A stretch of DNA of 64,000 bases from Candidatus Saccharimonadales bacterium (GTDB lineage: Bacteria; Patescibacteriota; Saccharimonadia; Saccharimonadales; Saccharimonadaceae). Position numbers and translations under genes: made by a program. The notes under the pieces were generated by a model. The model did not search any database. It was not told the DNA's origin and saw only the letters and a program-made list of their open reading frames with translations. Below, in pieces: positions 46,601-56,900 of this stretch (within the stretch, counting starts at the first letter, position 1; the number at the start of each line of letters is the position of its first letter). Location of the stretch: the NCBI GenBank assembly GCA_039928925.1, contig JBDSSF010000001.1:267837-331836 (forward strand). Direction: 5' to 3'.

Positions 46601-47608
46601 ATGACAAAAGACAGATCGGACAAATCAAAATCACGGCATCACTATGTTCAAAAAGCATACCTGAATGGATTTGCTGTAAACGAAAAAATTGATGTAATTA
46701 ATCGTGAAGATGGTACCGTAAGGATAACTCAACGTACATCCTCAGTTGCAAATGAAAGAGGCTTATATACGATACAGCGAGAAAATGGCGACAAGGACGG
46801 AATACTTGAAGATATATTTGCCGAAAAAGTGGAATCACCAGCAATAAAAATCATAAGAAACATGACATCAGTACTACCTTATGTTCCACGACAGAATGAA
46901 CGTCAAGTAATCGCGGAATATATGGCGTTACAGTATCTACGTACGCCAGAGGCTAAGCGACGATTTGAAGCGGAGGCGGGAAGATTTGAAGCCATTGAAA
47001 TATTTAATATGGCCAATGATTCTAAAAAGGTAGGTGTTTATCTCGGTAAAAAAGGTGAAAAAAATGATAATGATTCGGTTGCTGCATATCGTGACAAGGT
47101 CATTAAATCACTTCACGACAACGAGATAATTCCGAACAGTACGATGTGGTATCGACAGATAATAAAGAGTCTACCGCATATTGCAGATATTATGACTGCA
47201 AGATACGGTTGGCATCTCCTGTATTATGACGATCCTGTTTTACTGACAGGTGATCATCCTGTAATACTTCGACAGATAAGGGAAAGCTGGATGGGTACTG
47301 GGTTTATGAATGCGGATGAAATAATATTTCCGTTAAATGTTCGATACGCACTTTTGCTTTCCACTGACTTTGGAATCAAAGAGCAGGTTAACACAAACGC
47401 CAACCCATCAACTGCGAAAATGATAAATTGGTATGTAAAGCGCAATAGCTATATGGAAGTATATTCGCATCCATCTCTTACGAGTGAATATGCTGGTGAG
47501 GCACTAGGTCAAAAGATTCTCACAGAAACTACAGGCATGGATATGCAAGAAATTGGATTTTTGAATAACTACAGTGGGGTTTTGTTACGCAAAAAACCAA
47601 TGAGATAG
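46601..47608 (+). CDS. DUF4238 domain protein
   Basis: N-terminal HHYVQKAYLNGFA, later QYLRTPEAKRRFE, WHLLYYDDPVLLTGDHPVIL, IIFPLNVRYALLL: the characteristic DUF4238 blocks. Confidence 0.8.
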   Translation: MTKDRSDKSKSRHHYVQKAYLNGFAVNEKIDVINREDGTVRITQRTSSVANERGLYTIQRENGDKDGILEDIFAEKVESPAIKIIRNMTSVLPYVPRQNERQVIAEYMALQYLRTPEAKRRFEAEAGRFEAIEIFNMANDSKKVGVYLGKKGEKNDNDSVAAYRDKVIKSLHDNEIIPNSTMWYRQIIKSLPHIADIMTARYGWHLLYYDDPVLLTGDHPVILRQIRESWMGTGFMNADEIIFPLNVRYALLLSTDFGIKEQVNTNANPSTAKMINWYVKRNSYMEVYSHPSLTSEYAGEALGQKILTETTGMDMQEIGFLNNYSGVLLRKKPMR

Positions 47609-47762
47609 TAGGTTCTAATGCTTCGCTATATTATGTATTTGAATATGGAACCTAGCAGCCAAGCTGGAACGGGGGTGGGTAGATCAAACTGTAATGTCTA
47701 TACCAACACCTGTGAATTGATGATGTCGTTGTGAATGCAGGTTACAACTTCTTGCACGGTGC

Positions 47763-47770
47763 TGTACCAA
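47763..47770 (+). repeat. Putative attR core (TGTACCAA)
   Basis: Identical to 40281-40288. Confidence 0.4.
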
Positions 47771-47809
47771 TAAAAACAGAGGCCTAGCGGTCTCCTTTTT
47801 TATTGGTAC
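47764..47809. terminator. Long bidirectional terminator, probably the original tRNA-Leu terminator
   Basis: GTACCAATAAAAA-CA-GAGGCC-TAGC-GGTCTC-C-TTTTTTATTGGTAC. Confidence 0.6.
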
Positions 47810-47818
47810 ACTATAGTA

Positions 47819-48421
47819 ATGAACGAAGTAGAAATCGGGGTTGGTCCTCATGAAAAACCTTGGCCTAGTGGGCTGATGTACGATACAGACCTATTAGAGA
47901 AGGGCGATCGCCGTAACGTTGAGGATAAATATCGCTACTGGACAGTTGAAGCTATAGTAAATGACCTCGATAAAAGTCGTAGTGGACTTCATGTTGCAAT
48001 TGAAAACTGGCAGCATGATAGCAATATTGGGACAATTGTTCGTAGTGCAAATGCATTCAACGTGACAAGTGTGCATATTATCGGTAAACGTCATTGGAAT
48101 CGCCGTGGAGCTATGGTAACGGACAGGTATCTCCATATTTTTCACCACCAAACGGTTGAAGATTTCGTGATTGCGATGAATGAACGGCGTATAATTGCCA
48201 TAGATAACATTAAAGGCGCAACGCCCCTTGCAAAGGCTAAGTTACCAAAAAAAGCCGTACTAGTGTTCGGCGGTGAAGGACCAGGACTTAGCGTTGAAAT
48301 GCAAAAATGCGCTGAGCAAATGGTCATGATTGAACAATTTGGCAGTACGCGCTCAGTAAATGTAGGAGTTGCAGCAGGTATTGTCATGTATCAGTGGACT
48401 CGTCAACATCTTATAGTGTGA
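47819..48421 (+). CDS. SpoU/TrmH-family RNA 2'-O-methyltransferase
   Basis: HDSNIGTIVRSANAFNV, LVFGGEGPGLS, SVNVGVAAGIVMYQW motifs. Confidence 0.85.
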   Translation: MNEVEIGVGPHEKPWPSGLMYDTDLLEKGDRRNVEDKYRYWTVEAIVNDLDKSRSGLHVAIENWQHDSNIGTIVRSANAFNVTSVHIIGKRHWNRRGAMVTDRYLHIFHHQTVEDFVIAMNERRIIAIDNIKGATPLAKAKLPKKAVLVFGGEGPGLSVEMQKCAEQMVMIEQFGSTRSVNVGVAAGIVMYQWTRQHLIV

Positions 48422-48443
48422 ACGTGCTACAATATAATCACAA

Positions 48444-49061
48444 ATGACCGATCGAGAGACTCAACCCTCAGAAAGAATGGCCAGTGGTAGGTCAGTCGCT
48501 CGAATAGTGTTTTCTCCAAGTGAAAATTTAAAATCTGTACTGCAAAAATTCTCTCTTTCAAAAAGGTCACCCGTGCTACGCACAAGCCGAATGGTCGAGC
48601 TTAGTTATGAGGGTGGTGATAGCGATGGTCCGCGTTACACTCCCGACGATGCTCGTTGGCTAAGTGATACAGAAAAGCGGCTACGTGTCGTCACTGATCA
48701 TCATCAGCCACTTGCTTCTTATGTCCTGACGAAAACTTTATCTCGTGGTGATCTTGGTATTGATTTACGGTTGCTACCCAGTAATGATGATCTGGAGAGA
48801 CTGCATGATTTTACTCGCAATGAGGCTGGAGTTCCAGTGAAATATCTTGATGTTCACGCTATCATACCTGTAAACGATAGAGCTCCAGTTAATAGTATGC
48901 ATCTTGATTATGCGATTGATGAACTCGAGCAACTTCTCGCAACGCATCATCCTGCATTTCAAAGACCTGATCAATTAATACCAGCACCCCGCATCAATAA
49001 AGCGTATGCATTTGGCGCAAATATTATGAGTAGAGTGACACAGTTTCGTTCAGTCCGCTAA
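48444..49061 (+). CDS. Hypothetical protein (205 aa)
   Basis: ORF track entry only. Confidence 0.45.
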   Translation: MTDRETQPSERMASGRSVARIVFSPSENLKSVLQKFSLSKRSPVLRTSRMVELSYEGGDSDGPRYTPDDARWLSDTEKRLRVVTDHHQPLASYVLTKTLSRGDLGIDLRLLPSNDDLERLHDFTRNEAGVPVKYLDVHAIIPVNDRAPVNSMHLDYAIDELEQLLATHHPAFQRPDQLIPAPRINKAYAFGANIMSRVTQFRSVR

Positions 49062-49108
49062 CATGCACATGCTTGCAAATAACAGATAAAAATGCAAGAA
49101 TAGCTGTA

Positions 49109-50446
49109 ATGAGTACGCTATCTTCACAACCCTATAAAGGCACGCGTGATTACTATCCCGAAGACAAACGGGTTCAAAACTATATTTTCTCAACATGGAG
49201 ACGTGTCATGGAACGACATGGGTACGAAGAGTACGGTGCGCCCATGCTAGAGCCACTTGAAGTATACGCTGCAAAATCTGGTCAAGAGCTAGCCAGTGAG
49301 CAGACATACACTTTTTCAGATCGCGGCGGACGTACCGTAGCTATTCGACCGGAAATGACTCCGAGTATTAGTCGTATGGTTGCCGCTCGTCGTCAGGAAA
49401 TGGGCTACCCAGCTCGGCTATACTCAATCGCAAATTTCATGCGGTATGAGCGTCCTCAGAGAGGACGTGAGCGTGAGTTCTGGCAACTCAATACTGATAT
49501 TTTTGGTGCTGAAGGTGCAGTTGCAGAAGCCGAAATCATAGGGCTGGCATCTCAACTCATGAAAGCATTTAGCGCTGATGAAAAAATGTTTACGATTAAA
49601 ATTAATAACCGTAAATTAATAAATTTCATGATGGCACAATATCTTAGCCTTGATGCAATACAAGCGCAGTTGATGGTTAAACTATTTGATCGTAAGAATA
49701 AGATAAGTAATGAGGATTTTCGTGATCAAGCTATTGAGATTTTTGGTCAGGATATGGCTCCAGCTGGTCTCGGTAAGATTTCCGCACTTCTCGTAGCGAA
49801 AAGTATGGCAGATCTACCAGAAGAGATTCGTGAGAGTGCTGCTGTTCGTGAAGTACAGGAGTTATTTACATTACTTGAACAAGCTGGTGTGAAAAATGCC
49901 ATGTTTGACATCACTCTTATGCGAGGACTTGATTACTATACTGGTACTGTCTTTGAGGTCTACGATAACCACCCAGATAATAATCGTTCACTGTTTGGTG
50001 GAGGTCGCTACGACGGACTAGTTGGTTTATTCGGTGCAGAGCCTATTTCTGCAGTTGGCATGGCTCCTGGCCTTACAATGACAGAACTATTTCTACAGAC
50101 TCATGATTTACTTCCAAAGCTCGTATCGACAACAGAAGTTGGTGTTGTTGTTCTCGGAGATACACTTAAAAATGCTTTAAAACTTGCGAGCGATATGCGT
50201 GACGAGGGTATCAACGTAGAAGTTGATATAAGTGGGCGTAAATTTGATCGTCAACTAAAAGCTGTACTCAAAAAACAGATACCATTTATTGTTTTTATCG
50301 GTGAAGATGAAGTTAAGAGCGGGATGTATCAGTTTAAAGACACCGCTTCCTCTGAAGAGCAAAAATTAAGTTTTGAGCGAATTGTGAGTAGTGTCAAGGA
50401 CCGTAGGCGCAATCCAACTGGCGATATTGACGATCTATTCAGCTAG
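49109..50446 (+). CDS. hisS: Histidyl-tRNA synthetase
   Basis: KGTRDYYPED, class II motifs (RPEMTPS, YERPQRGREREFWQ, GGGRYDGL), C-terminal anticodon-binding domain; first ATG in frame is at 49109. Confidence 0.9.
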   Translation: MSTLSSQPYKGTRDYYPEDKRVQNYIFSTWRRVMERHGYEEYGAPMLEPLEVYAAKSGQELASEQTYTFSDRGGRTVAIRPEMTPSISRMVAARRQEMGYPARLYSIANFMRYERPQRGREREFWQLNTDIFGAEGAVAEAEIIGLASQLMKAFSADEKMFTIKINNRKLINFMMAQYLSLDAIQAQLMVKLFDRKNKISNEDFRDQAIEIFGQDMAPAGLGKISALLVAKSMADLPEEIRESAAVREVQELFTLLEQAGVKNAMFDITLMRGLDYYTGTVFEVYDNHPDNNRSLFGGGRYDGLVGLFGAEPISAVGMAPGLTMTELFLQTHDLLPKLVSTTEVGVVVLGDTLKNALKLASDMRDEGINVEVDISGRKFDRQLKAVLKKQIPFIVFIGEDEVKSGMYQFKDTASSEEQKLSFERIVSSVKDRRRNPTGDIDDLFS

Positions 50447-50520
50447 TACGCTGTGTTTTCGTCAACTTATCATTACTAGCAGATGACGCGTTACTCACAA
50501 TCTGATATAGTAGTTCGAGT

Positions 50521-51813
50521 ATGAAAACAATTGTTAAAAACCTATCAGATACAAAAGTCGAACTGACTATTACCCTTGGTAAAGAGGAACTTCACTTTGC
50601 AGAACAAGTAGCGCTCTCTAAACTTGCAAAAAACATTAAAGTTGCAGGTTTTCGTAAAGGTAAGGTCCCACTTGCTATTGCAGCTAAGAATCTTGACCCT
50701 GCAGCACTTGCGGAGCAGACACTTGATGACGCCTTGTCAAAAGCAGTTGCTGAAGCATTTACGAGCGAAAAAATTCAAGCACTTGAACGTCCATCAGTTG
50801 ATGTTAAGAAGTTTGTCCCAGGCCAGACGCTTGAATTTACTGCTGAGACTCAAATACTTCCGGTTGTTACGCTTGGCAACTACAAGAAACTAAAAGTTCC
50901 AACACAGGAACTAAAAGTAGCAGCTAAAGATGTTGAAGAGATTATTGAGCGTATGCGTGCAGGATTTGCTGAGAAAAAAGATGTGAAGCGTGCTGCGGTA
51001 CTTGGCGATGAAACTGTTATTGATTTTGTTGGTAAAAAAGATGACGTAGCATTTGATGGCGGGACTGGAACAGACTACAGTCTAACTCTTGGAAGTAACT
51101 CATTTATCCCAGGCTTTGAAGAAGGAATTGTCGGCAAAGAAGTAGGTGAAACATTTGATCTTAAGCTAAAGTTTCCAGATAGCTATCATGTGGCTGACCT
51201 TAAAGGTGCCGATGTGGTATTCACGACGACGCTTAAGGCAGTCAAAGAAGTTGTTCTTCCAGTAATTGATGATGCATTTGCAAAAAGTGCAGGTGCAGAA
51301 AATATCAATACAGTCAAAGAGCTGAAAGATGATATTACCCGTGAACTGAAATCACAAAAAGAGCGTGAAGCGGTAGATAAGGTTAAAGATAATCTTGTCG
51401 CTCAACTTATAGAAATTAGTACAATCCCAGTTCCTGAAATTCTCCTCAAGGACCAGGAAGAGTCAATCGAACGTGACATGACGCAGAATCTTACCTACCA
51501 AGGTATGACATTAGACATGTATCTTGAATCAAAAAACCTGACTAAAGAGAAGTGGCTAGAAACTGAAGTGCGCGAAGCTGCAATGAACCGTGTTAAAGCG
51601 GGCCTAGCGCTAGCAGAACTTAGTAAGGTTGAAAAAATTACAGCTACAAACGAGGAGCTTGATGCTCATGTAGAGACATATAAGAAGCAGTACGGTAATA
51701 ATCCGGAAGCTTTGAAGCAGTTCGAACAAGCTGAAGTTCGCAGAGATATTGCAAATCGTCTTCTCACTGAAAAGACCGTTGATCACCTCGTTTCATTAAA
51801 CTCAAAGAAATAG
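50521..51813 (+). CDS. tig: Trigger factor
   Basis: Ribosome-binding GFRKGKVP motif, FKBP-type PPIase region (DFVGKKDDVAFDGG...FIPGFEEG), C-terminal domain. Confidence 0.9.
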   Translation: MKTIVKNLSDTKVELTITLGKEELHFAEQVALSKLAKNIKVAGFRKGKVPLAIAAKNLDPAALAEQTLDDALSKAVAEAFTSEKIQALERPSVDVKKFVPGQTLEFTAETQILPVVTLGNYKKLKVPTQELKVAAKDVEEIIERMRAGFAEKKDVKRAAVLGDETVIDFVGKKDDVAFDGGTGTDYSLTLGSNSFIPGFEEGIVGKEVGETFDLKLKFPDSYHVADLKGADVVFTTTLKAVKEVVLPVIDDAFAKSAGAENINTVKELKDDITRELKSQKEREAVDKVKDNLVAQLIEISTIPVPEILLKDQEESIERDMTQNLTYQGMTLDMYLESKNLTKEKWLETEVREAAMNRVKAGLALAELSKVEKITATNEELDAHVETYKKQYGNNPEALKQFEQAEVRRDIANRLLTEKTVDHLVSLNSKK

Positions 51814-51891
51814 CTAATCTACGTACGGCAATACAGTACGTAAGCATTGTTTCTGGATGCTGTGTTGCTCTGAAGGTTGCAATATAATTTA

Positions 51892-51918
51892 TTAGCACTC
51901 ACTTGCAACGAGTGCTAA
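51892..51918. promoter_or_regulatory. CIRCE element (HrcA operator) overlapping the clpP promoter
   Basis: TTAGCACTC-acTTGCAAc-GAGTGCTAA, 18/18 to consensus; spacer carries -35 TTGCAA, 18 nt before TATAAT (51927-51932), which lies 6 nt before the clpP ATG. Confidence 0.8.
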
Positions 51919-51938
51919 TTTTTGTGTATAATGAATAT

Positions 51939-52535
51939 ATGAGCAAACCAAGCAATTATCTAGTTCCAACAGTTATTGAAAAATCATCAGACGGTGAGCG
52001 TGCGTTTGACATCTACAGCCGCCTCTTAAAAGAACGTATTATTTTTCTTGGTGAAGATGTAAATGAGCACACTGCTAACATTGTTGTCGCTCAGTTAATT
52101 CATCTTGCCTACGATGATCCGAAAAAAGACATCAAGCTATATATTAATAGTCCTGGTGGTAGTGTCTATGATGGTATGGCAATCTACGATACGATTCAAT
52201 ATATTGCGCCTGATGTTCAGACAATTGGAATCGGTCTACAGGCGAGTATGGGAGCATTCCTCCTAAGTAGTGGAGCGAAGGGTAAACGGTTTGCATTACC
52301 AAATAGTCGCATTATGATTCACCAACCATCAAGTGGTACTCAGGGTAAGGTCACTGACCAGGAGATTACGCTTCGTGAAAGTATTTATCTTAAGAAGCGA
52401 CTCAATGAAATTCTTGCAAAAAATACTGGTCAGAAACTGTCTAAAATTGAAAAAGATGTTGAGCGTGACTACTGGATGAGTAGCGAAGAGGCAAAAGCAT
52501 ACGGTCTTATTGATGACGTCATTACTAAAGCATAG
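51939..52535 (+). CDS. clpP: ATP-dependent Clp protease proteolytic subunit ClpP
   Basis: [38 protein letters not shown] (active-site Ser), MIHQPS (His); ATG 51939 preferred over the TTG at 51903. Confidence 0.92.
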   Translation: MSKPSNYLVPTVIEKSSDGERAFDIYSRLLKERIIFLGEDVNEHTANIVVAQLIHLAYDDPKKDIKLYINSPGGSVYDGMAIYDTIQYIAPDVQTIGIGLQASMGAFLLSSGAKGKRFALPNSRIMIHQPSSGTQGKVTDQEITLRESIYLKKRLNEILAKNTGQKLSKIEKDVERDYWMSSEEAKAYGLIDDVITKA

Positions 52536-52555
52536 CTCCACCACTGTTTTGCTTA

Positions 52556-52584
52556 TTGACATATAAATACTAAAATTATATAAT
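52556..52584 (+). promoter_or_regulatory. Consensus sigma70-type promoter of the high-GC ORF 52591..52965
   Basis: TTGACA-N17-TATAAT, then 6 nt, then ATG. Confidence 0.55.
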
Positions 52585-52590
52585 CCCGCT

Positions 52591-52965
52591 ATGGTCAATA
52601 ACCTGAGCGCACTTCTGGCGCACACGATGTCCTTGTCCGATTCGAGCGTTGCCCAGGAAAGGGGCAGCAGGTATGGAGCTTTCGGTTTTGCTTCGTCGAC
52701 GATTGCAGTTCTTGTAACCATCTTCGTGGCACTTGTCGTAGCGTCTGTCATTTTGGCAACGGTGACCGACTTGGTGTTCACGGCGTGCTTCGTGGTCATC
52801 GCCACCATCGTGATCGAAATGATGCTGCTGGTGACATGGTGGACTTCGTTTTCATGGTCATCGAAGGGCGATGGAGGCACTGGCGTCGTCGTCGGAAGTA
52901 TCATTGCCATCGTCGCCACGGGCATCGGTGTGTGTTACTTCATCGAAGAAGTCAGGGACAAGTAG
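52591..52965 (+). CDS. Hypothetical multi-pass membrane protein (124 aa), high-GC cassette
   Basis: Three to four hydrophobic helices; perfect promoter upstream; hairpin TCTCCAGGAA-N27-TTCCTGGAGG at 52984-53030. Confidence 0.55.
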   Translation: MVNNLSALLAHTMSLSDSSVAQERGSRYGAFGFASSTIAVLVTIFVALVVASVILATVTDLVFTACFVVIATIVIEMMLLVTWWTSFSWSSKGDGGTGVVVGSIIAIVATGIGVCYFIEEVRDK

Positions 52966-53133
52966 CCCTTGTTGCCGGCCTAGTCTCCAGGAACAGTAGA
53001 GTGAGCAACAGCTCCTTCTCTTCCTGGAGGCGATATGTTCTCAGTAGCTGTAAGCTATTCTGATGAGTCCAAGAGGACGAAAGAACATACATCTATAGAT
53101 TATATATAGCAAAGATGGTATAATAAGTATATT

Positions 53134-53766
53134 ATGACAAATTCTATTGAGCTACGACAGTTACACATTGATCATTTAAGCACTGACGACCAGTATATAA
53201 CTGCACATCGTGTCCAACAGTTACTATGGGAAGATTTTGTACGTCTGAGCGGAGTTAATCCTGAAGATCTTCGTACGGCTGTAGACCCTGAAAGTGATGA
53301 AAAAGTCTCTCAACAGGTTGAAAAAATCCTTGCCGCTGGTCAAAATGATAGCGTTTATGCTGGAGTTTATCGAACTGATGCAAACGAAGATGAATCATTA
53401 CAGGGAATTATAAAGATAGGTTCATGGAAACGTGGTGACCAAAAACCGTTTGGTTATGCAGTATTAAACAGTCTTGTGCATGGTGCAGATCCGCTCGCTT
53501 CACCGCAAAGAGGACTTCACGCATTTGCCATGAGTGATAGCTCTCGCGAAATGACAGGCGAAACAGTCAATCGCTTACTCGATGATCCAACTGACCAAAT
53601 ATTAAATCGCTATTCTGAGCTACGTGTTGCAGTTGATGAAAGTGATACCGAATTATCGCTGGCACTTGTAAATAGAAGTGCTAAAATTGGACGCCATGGC
53701 ATTATTAGCCTTGCAGGATACGATCGATCGTACAGACTTCATAAAGTCGCTCCTCGTAATAGTTAA
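53134..53766 (+). CDS. Hypothetical protein (210 aa)
   Basis: ORF track entry only. Confidence 0.45.
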   Translation: MTNSIELRQLHIDHLSTDDQYITAHRVQQLLWEDFVRLSGVNPEDLRTAVDPESDEKVSQQVEKILAAGQNDSVYAGVYRTDANEDESLQGIIKIGSWKRGDQKPFGYAVLNSLVHGADPLASPQRGLHAFAMSDSSREMTGETVNRLLDDPTDQILNRYSELRVAVDESDTELSLALVNRSAKIGRHGIISLAGYDRSYRLHKVAPRNS

Positions 53767-53979
53767 GAAACTTGTCCGTATTCTTCAATTTTGATTATTA
53801 TCACTCAGTTACATCTTGACTATTTGCAAAAAAAGCTTCACAATGAGTACTAAGAAGTAGTGTACTGTGGTTGATTGTGTTTTTTTGTGGGTGGCACCTC
53901 TAAAGAACCAAACTGCACGTAAGGGAATCTTCGGCGCCGATTATCCCAACTAAATTAAATCCATGCGAGGAGCAACTAT

Positions 53980-56900
53980 ATGGCAAAACCAACGCCTAGT
54001 AGCGCTAAGCGTGTTTTCTTTACAAAAGACGACACAGCTTTACCGTTACCGAACCTTATTGCGCATCAGAAAGACAGCTGGCGAGAATTCGTCGAAACTG
54101 GTCTGAGCGAAATTTTTGCGGAACTTAACCCAATCGAGGACTATACTGGTCAAAAACTCGAGCTAAGATTTAAACAGTACGCATTCCAGGATCCAAAAAC
54201 AGGCGAACAGGATGCCAAAGAAAACAACCTCACATTTGACGCTCCGCTACATGCGACAGTTGAACTAACAAATAAAGTTACAGGTGAAGTCAAAGAACAA
54301 GAAATCTATCTTGGTGATTACCCATGGATGACTGATCGTGGAACATTTGTAATTAACGGTACTGAACGTGTCGTTGTTTCACAACTTATCCGTAGCGCCG
54401 GTATCTTCTTTACTGCAGATGCAGTTGTTGGCCGAAACAACTACGGTGCAAAACTAATTCCTGGCCGTGGTGCATGGCTTGAGTTTGAAACAGCCAGTAA
54501 TGGTACGATCTATGTAAAGATTGATCGCCGCCGCAAGCTACCTGTGACGACACTTCTGCGCGCGCTTGGTTACAATAAAACAAGTGAAATCAAAGCTCTC
54601 TTTGCAGACACAGACACTGGCGATGTTAAATATATCGATGCTACTCTCGAAAAAGATGCTGCTCGTGGTGCCAACGAAGCATTAATCGAAGTCTACCGCC
54701 GCCTCCGACCAGGCGACCTTGCCACTGTAGATAACGCTCGAACAATGATTGAGCGTATGTTCTTTGATTTCAAACGATTTGACTACTCTCGTGTTGGTCG
54801 TTACAAATTGAATCAACGTCTTGGTATTGATGTACCAAACACGACTGAAAACCGCGTGTTCCAAATGACTGATCTCGTCGCTATTATCCGTGAGATTATC
54901 CGTCTTAATAATACTCAGGATCTCCCTGACGATATTGATGCACTATCAAACCGCCGTGTGAAATTAGTCGGTGAACTAGTTGCACGCCAATTCCGTGTTG
55001 GTATGCTTCGTATGCAGCGTAACGCCATGGACCGTATGTCTATGTCTGACATCGAAAACGTAACACCTGGACAACTAATTAACGCTCGTCCTGTTGTGGC
55101 TGCTGTTCGCGAATTCTTTGCTAGCTCACAATTGTCACAGCTCCTTGATGAGACAAACCCACTTGCAGAGCTCGCTCACAAGCGCCGTCTTTCATCAATG
55201 GGACCTGGTGGATTGTCACGCGAACGTGCTGGATTTGATGTGCGCGACGCACATCCTACTCACTACGGACGACTATGTTCTGTAGAGACTCCAGAAGGTG
55301 CAAACATTGGGCTTGTGCTTAACCTTGCAACATATGCTCGTGTGAATGAATATGGTTTTATTGAAACTCCATATCTAAAAGTCAAAAATGGTAAAGTGAG
55401 CGACGAAGTTGTTTATCTTGATGCATCACAAGAAGCTGTTGAAGTTATTGCAGATGCTGGTGCTGAACTTACGGATGACAATAAATTCGTCGCAGAACGC
55501 GTTAGTGCACGTAATGGACCACTTCCTGAGCAAGTGGACGTATCAGAAGTCACATACATGGACGCAGCTCATAAGCAAATCCTTGGATCAACTGCGAGCC
55601 TAGTGCCTTTTGTTGAGAAAAACCGTGTCGACCGTAGCTTGATGGCTGCAAGCATGCAGAAGCAAGCCGTTCCACTGCTCGATCCTGAGTCACCAGTTGT
55701 TGGTACGGGTATTGAGGCTGAACTTGCTAAAAATACGAGTCAATTAGTCGTTGCAGAAGGCGATGGTGAAGTTGTTCGTGCTGATGGCGATGAAATCCAT
55801 GTTAAGTACAAAGATGGTGTTAAAGCCTACGAACTCGTACACTTTGCAAAGTCGAACGATGATCGCTCGATTAACCAAAAAGTTCGCGTAACTCGTGGCC
55901 AAAAAGTAAAAGCAGGCGATATCCTTATTGAAGGAGCTTCAGTTGCTAACGGAGAACTTGCACTTGGACGTGACCTTACTGTGGCCTTTATGCCATGGAA
56001 CGGATATAACATGGACGACGCGATCGTTCTTTCTGATCGTATCGTTAAAGAAGATGCACTTACGAGTATCAACATTAAAGATTACACTGTTGAAGTTCGT
56101 GAGACAAAACTAGGTCCAGAAATTGTTACTCGTGACATTCCAAATGTAAACGAAGAATCACTTCGTCACCTTGATGAAAATGGTATCGTGCAAATTGGTT
56201 CTGAAGTAAAATCTGGTGACGTTCTCGTTGGTAAGATTACACCTAAGGGTGAGCAAGAACTAAGCTCAGAAGAGCGCCTACTCCGTGCTATCTTTGGTGA
56301 GAAAGCTAAAGATGTTCGTGATACATCACAGCGAATGAACAATGCTGGTGGTGGTAAAGTTGTCGGTGTTAAGATCTTCTCACGTGAGAATGGTCATGAG
56401 CTAAAAGCCGGTGTTTTGATGCAAATTCAAATCTTTGTTGCTCAACTTCGTAAAATTAGCGTCGGTGACAAGCTTGCTGGTCGCCACGGTAACAAGGGTG
56501 TTGTCGCAAGAATCCTTCCAGTCGAGGATATGCCATTCATGGAAGACGGAACAGCTGTTGATGTTGTCCTAAACCCACTCGGTATTCCTTCTCGTATGAA
56601 TATGGGTCAGTTGTTTGAAACTCACCTTGGTATGGCTGCACGTGCACTTGGCTACAAAGTAGCAACACCTCCGTTTAATGGTGTTCCAAATGAAACAATT
56701 GGTGACGAACTTGAGAAAGCTGGTTTTGCCCGAGATGGTAAATCACAACTATTCGATGGTCGTACTGGTGAAGCATTTGAAGAGCGCACAACAGTCGGTG
56801 TCATGCACATGCTTAAACTGCATCATATGGTAAGTGACAAGATTCACGCACGTTCAACTGGGCCATACACAATGGTTACTCAGCAGCCGCTTGGTGGTAA

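Larger units (their letters stand above)
40281..47770. mobile_element. Integrative element (~7.5 kb) at the tRNA-Leu(CAG) 3' end; phage-satellite/genomic-island-like
   Basis: Serine integrase abutting the tRNA; TGTACCAA at both ends (40281-40288, 47763-47770); the right copy is embedded in what looks like the native tRNA terminator; contents are orphan/phage-like ORFs. Confidence 0.7.

Noticed and set aside
52329-52925. 198-aa minus-strand ORF spanning the clpP 3' end and the GC-rich cassette
   Set aside because: It overlaps the highly conserved clpP frame. The plus-strand ORF 52591..52965 has a perfect promoter and clear TM helices.
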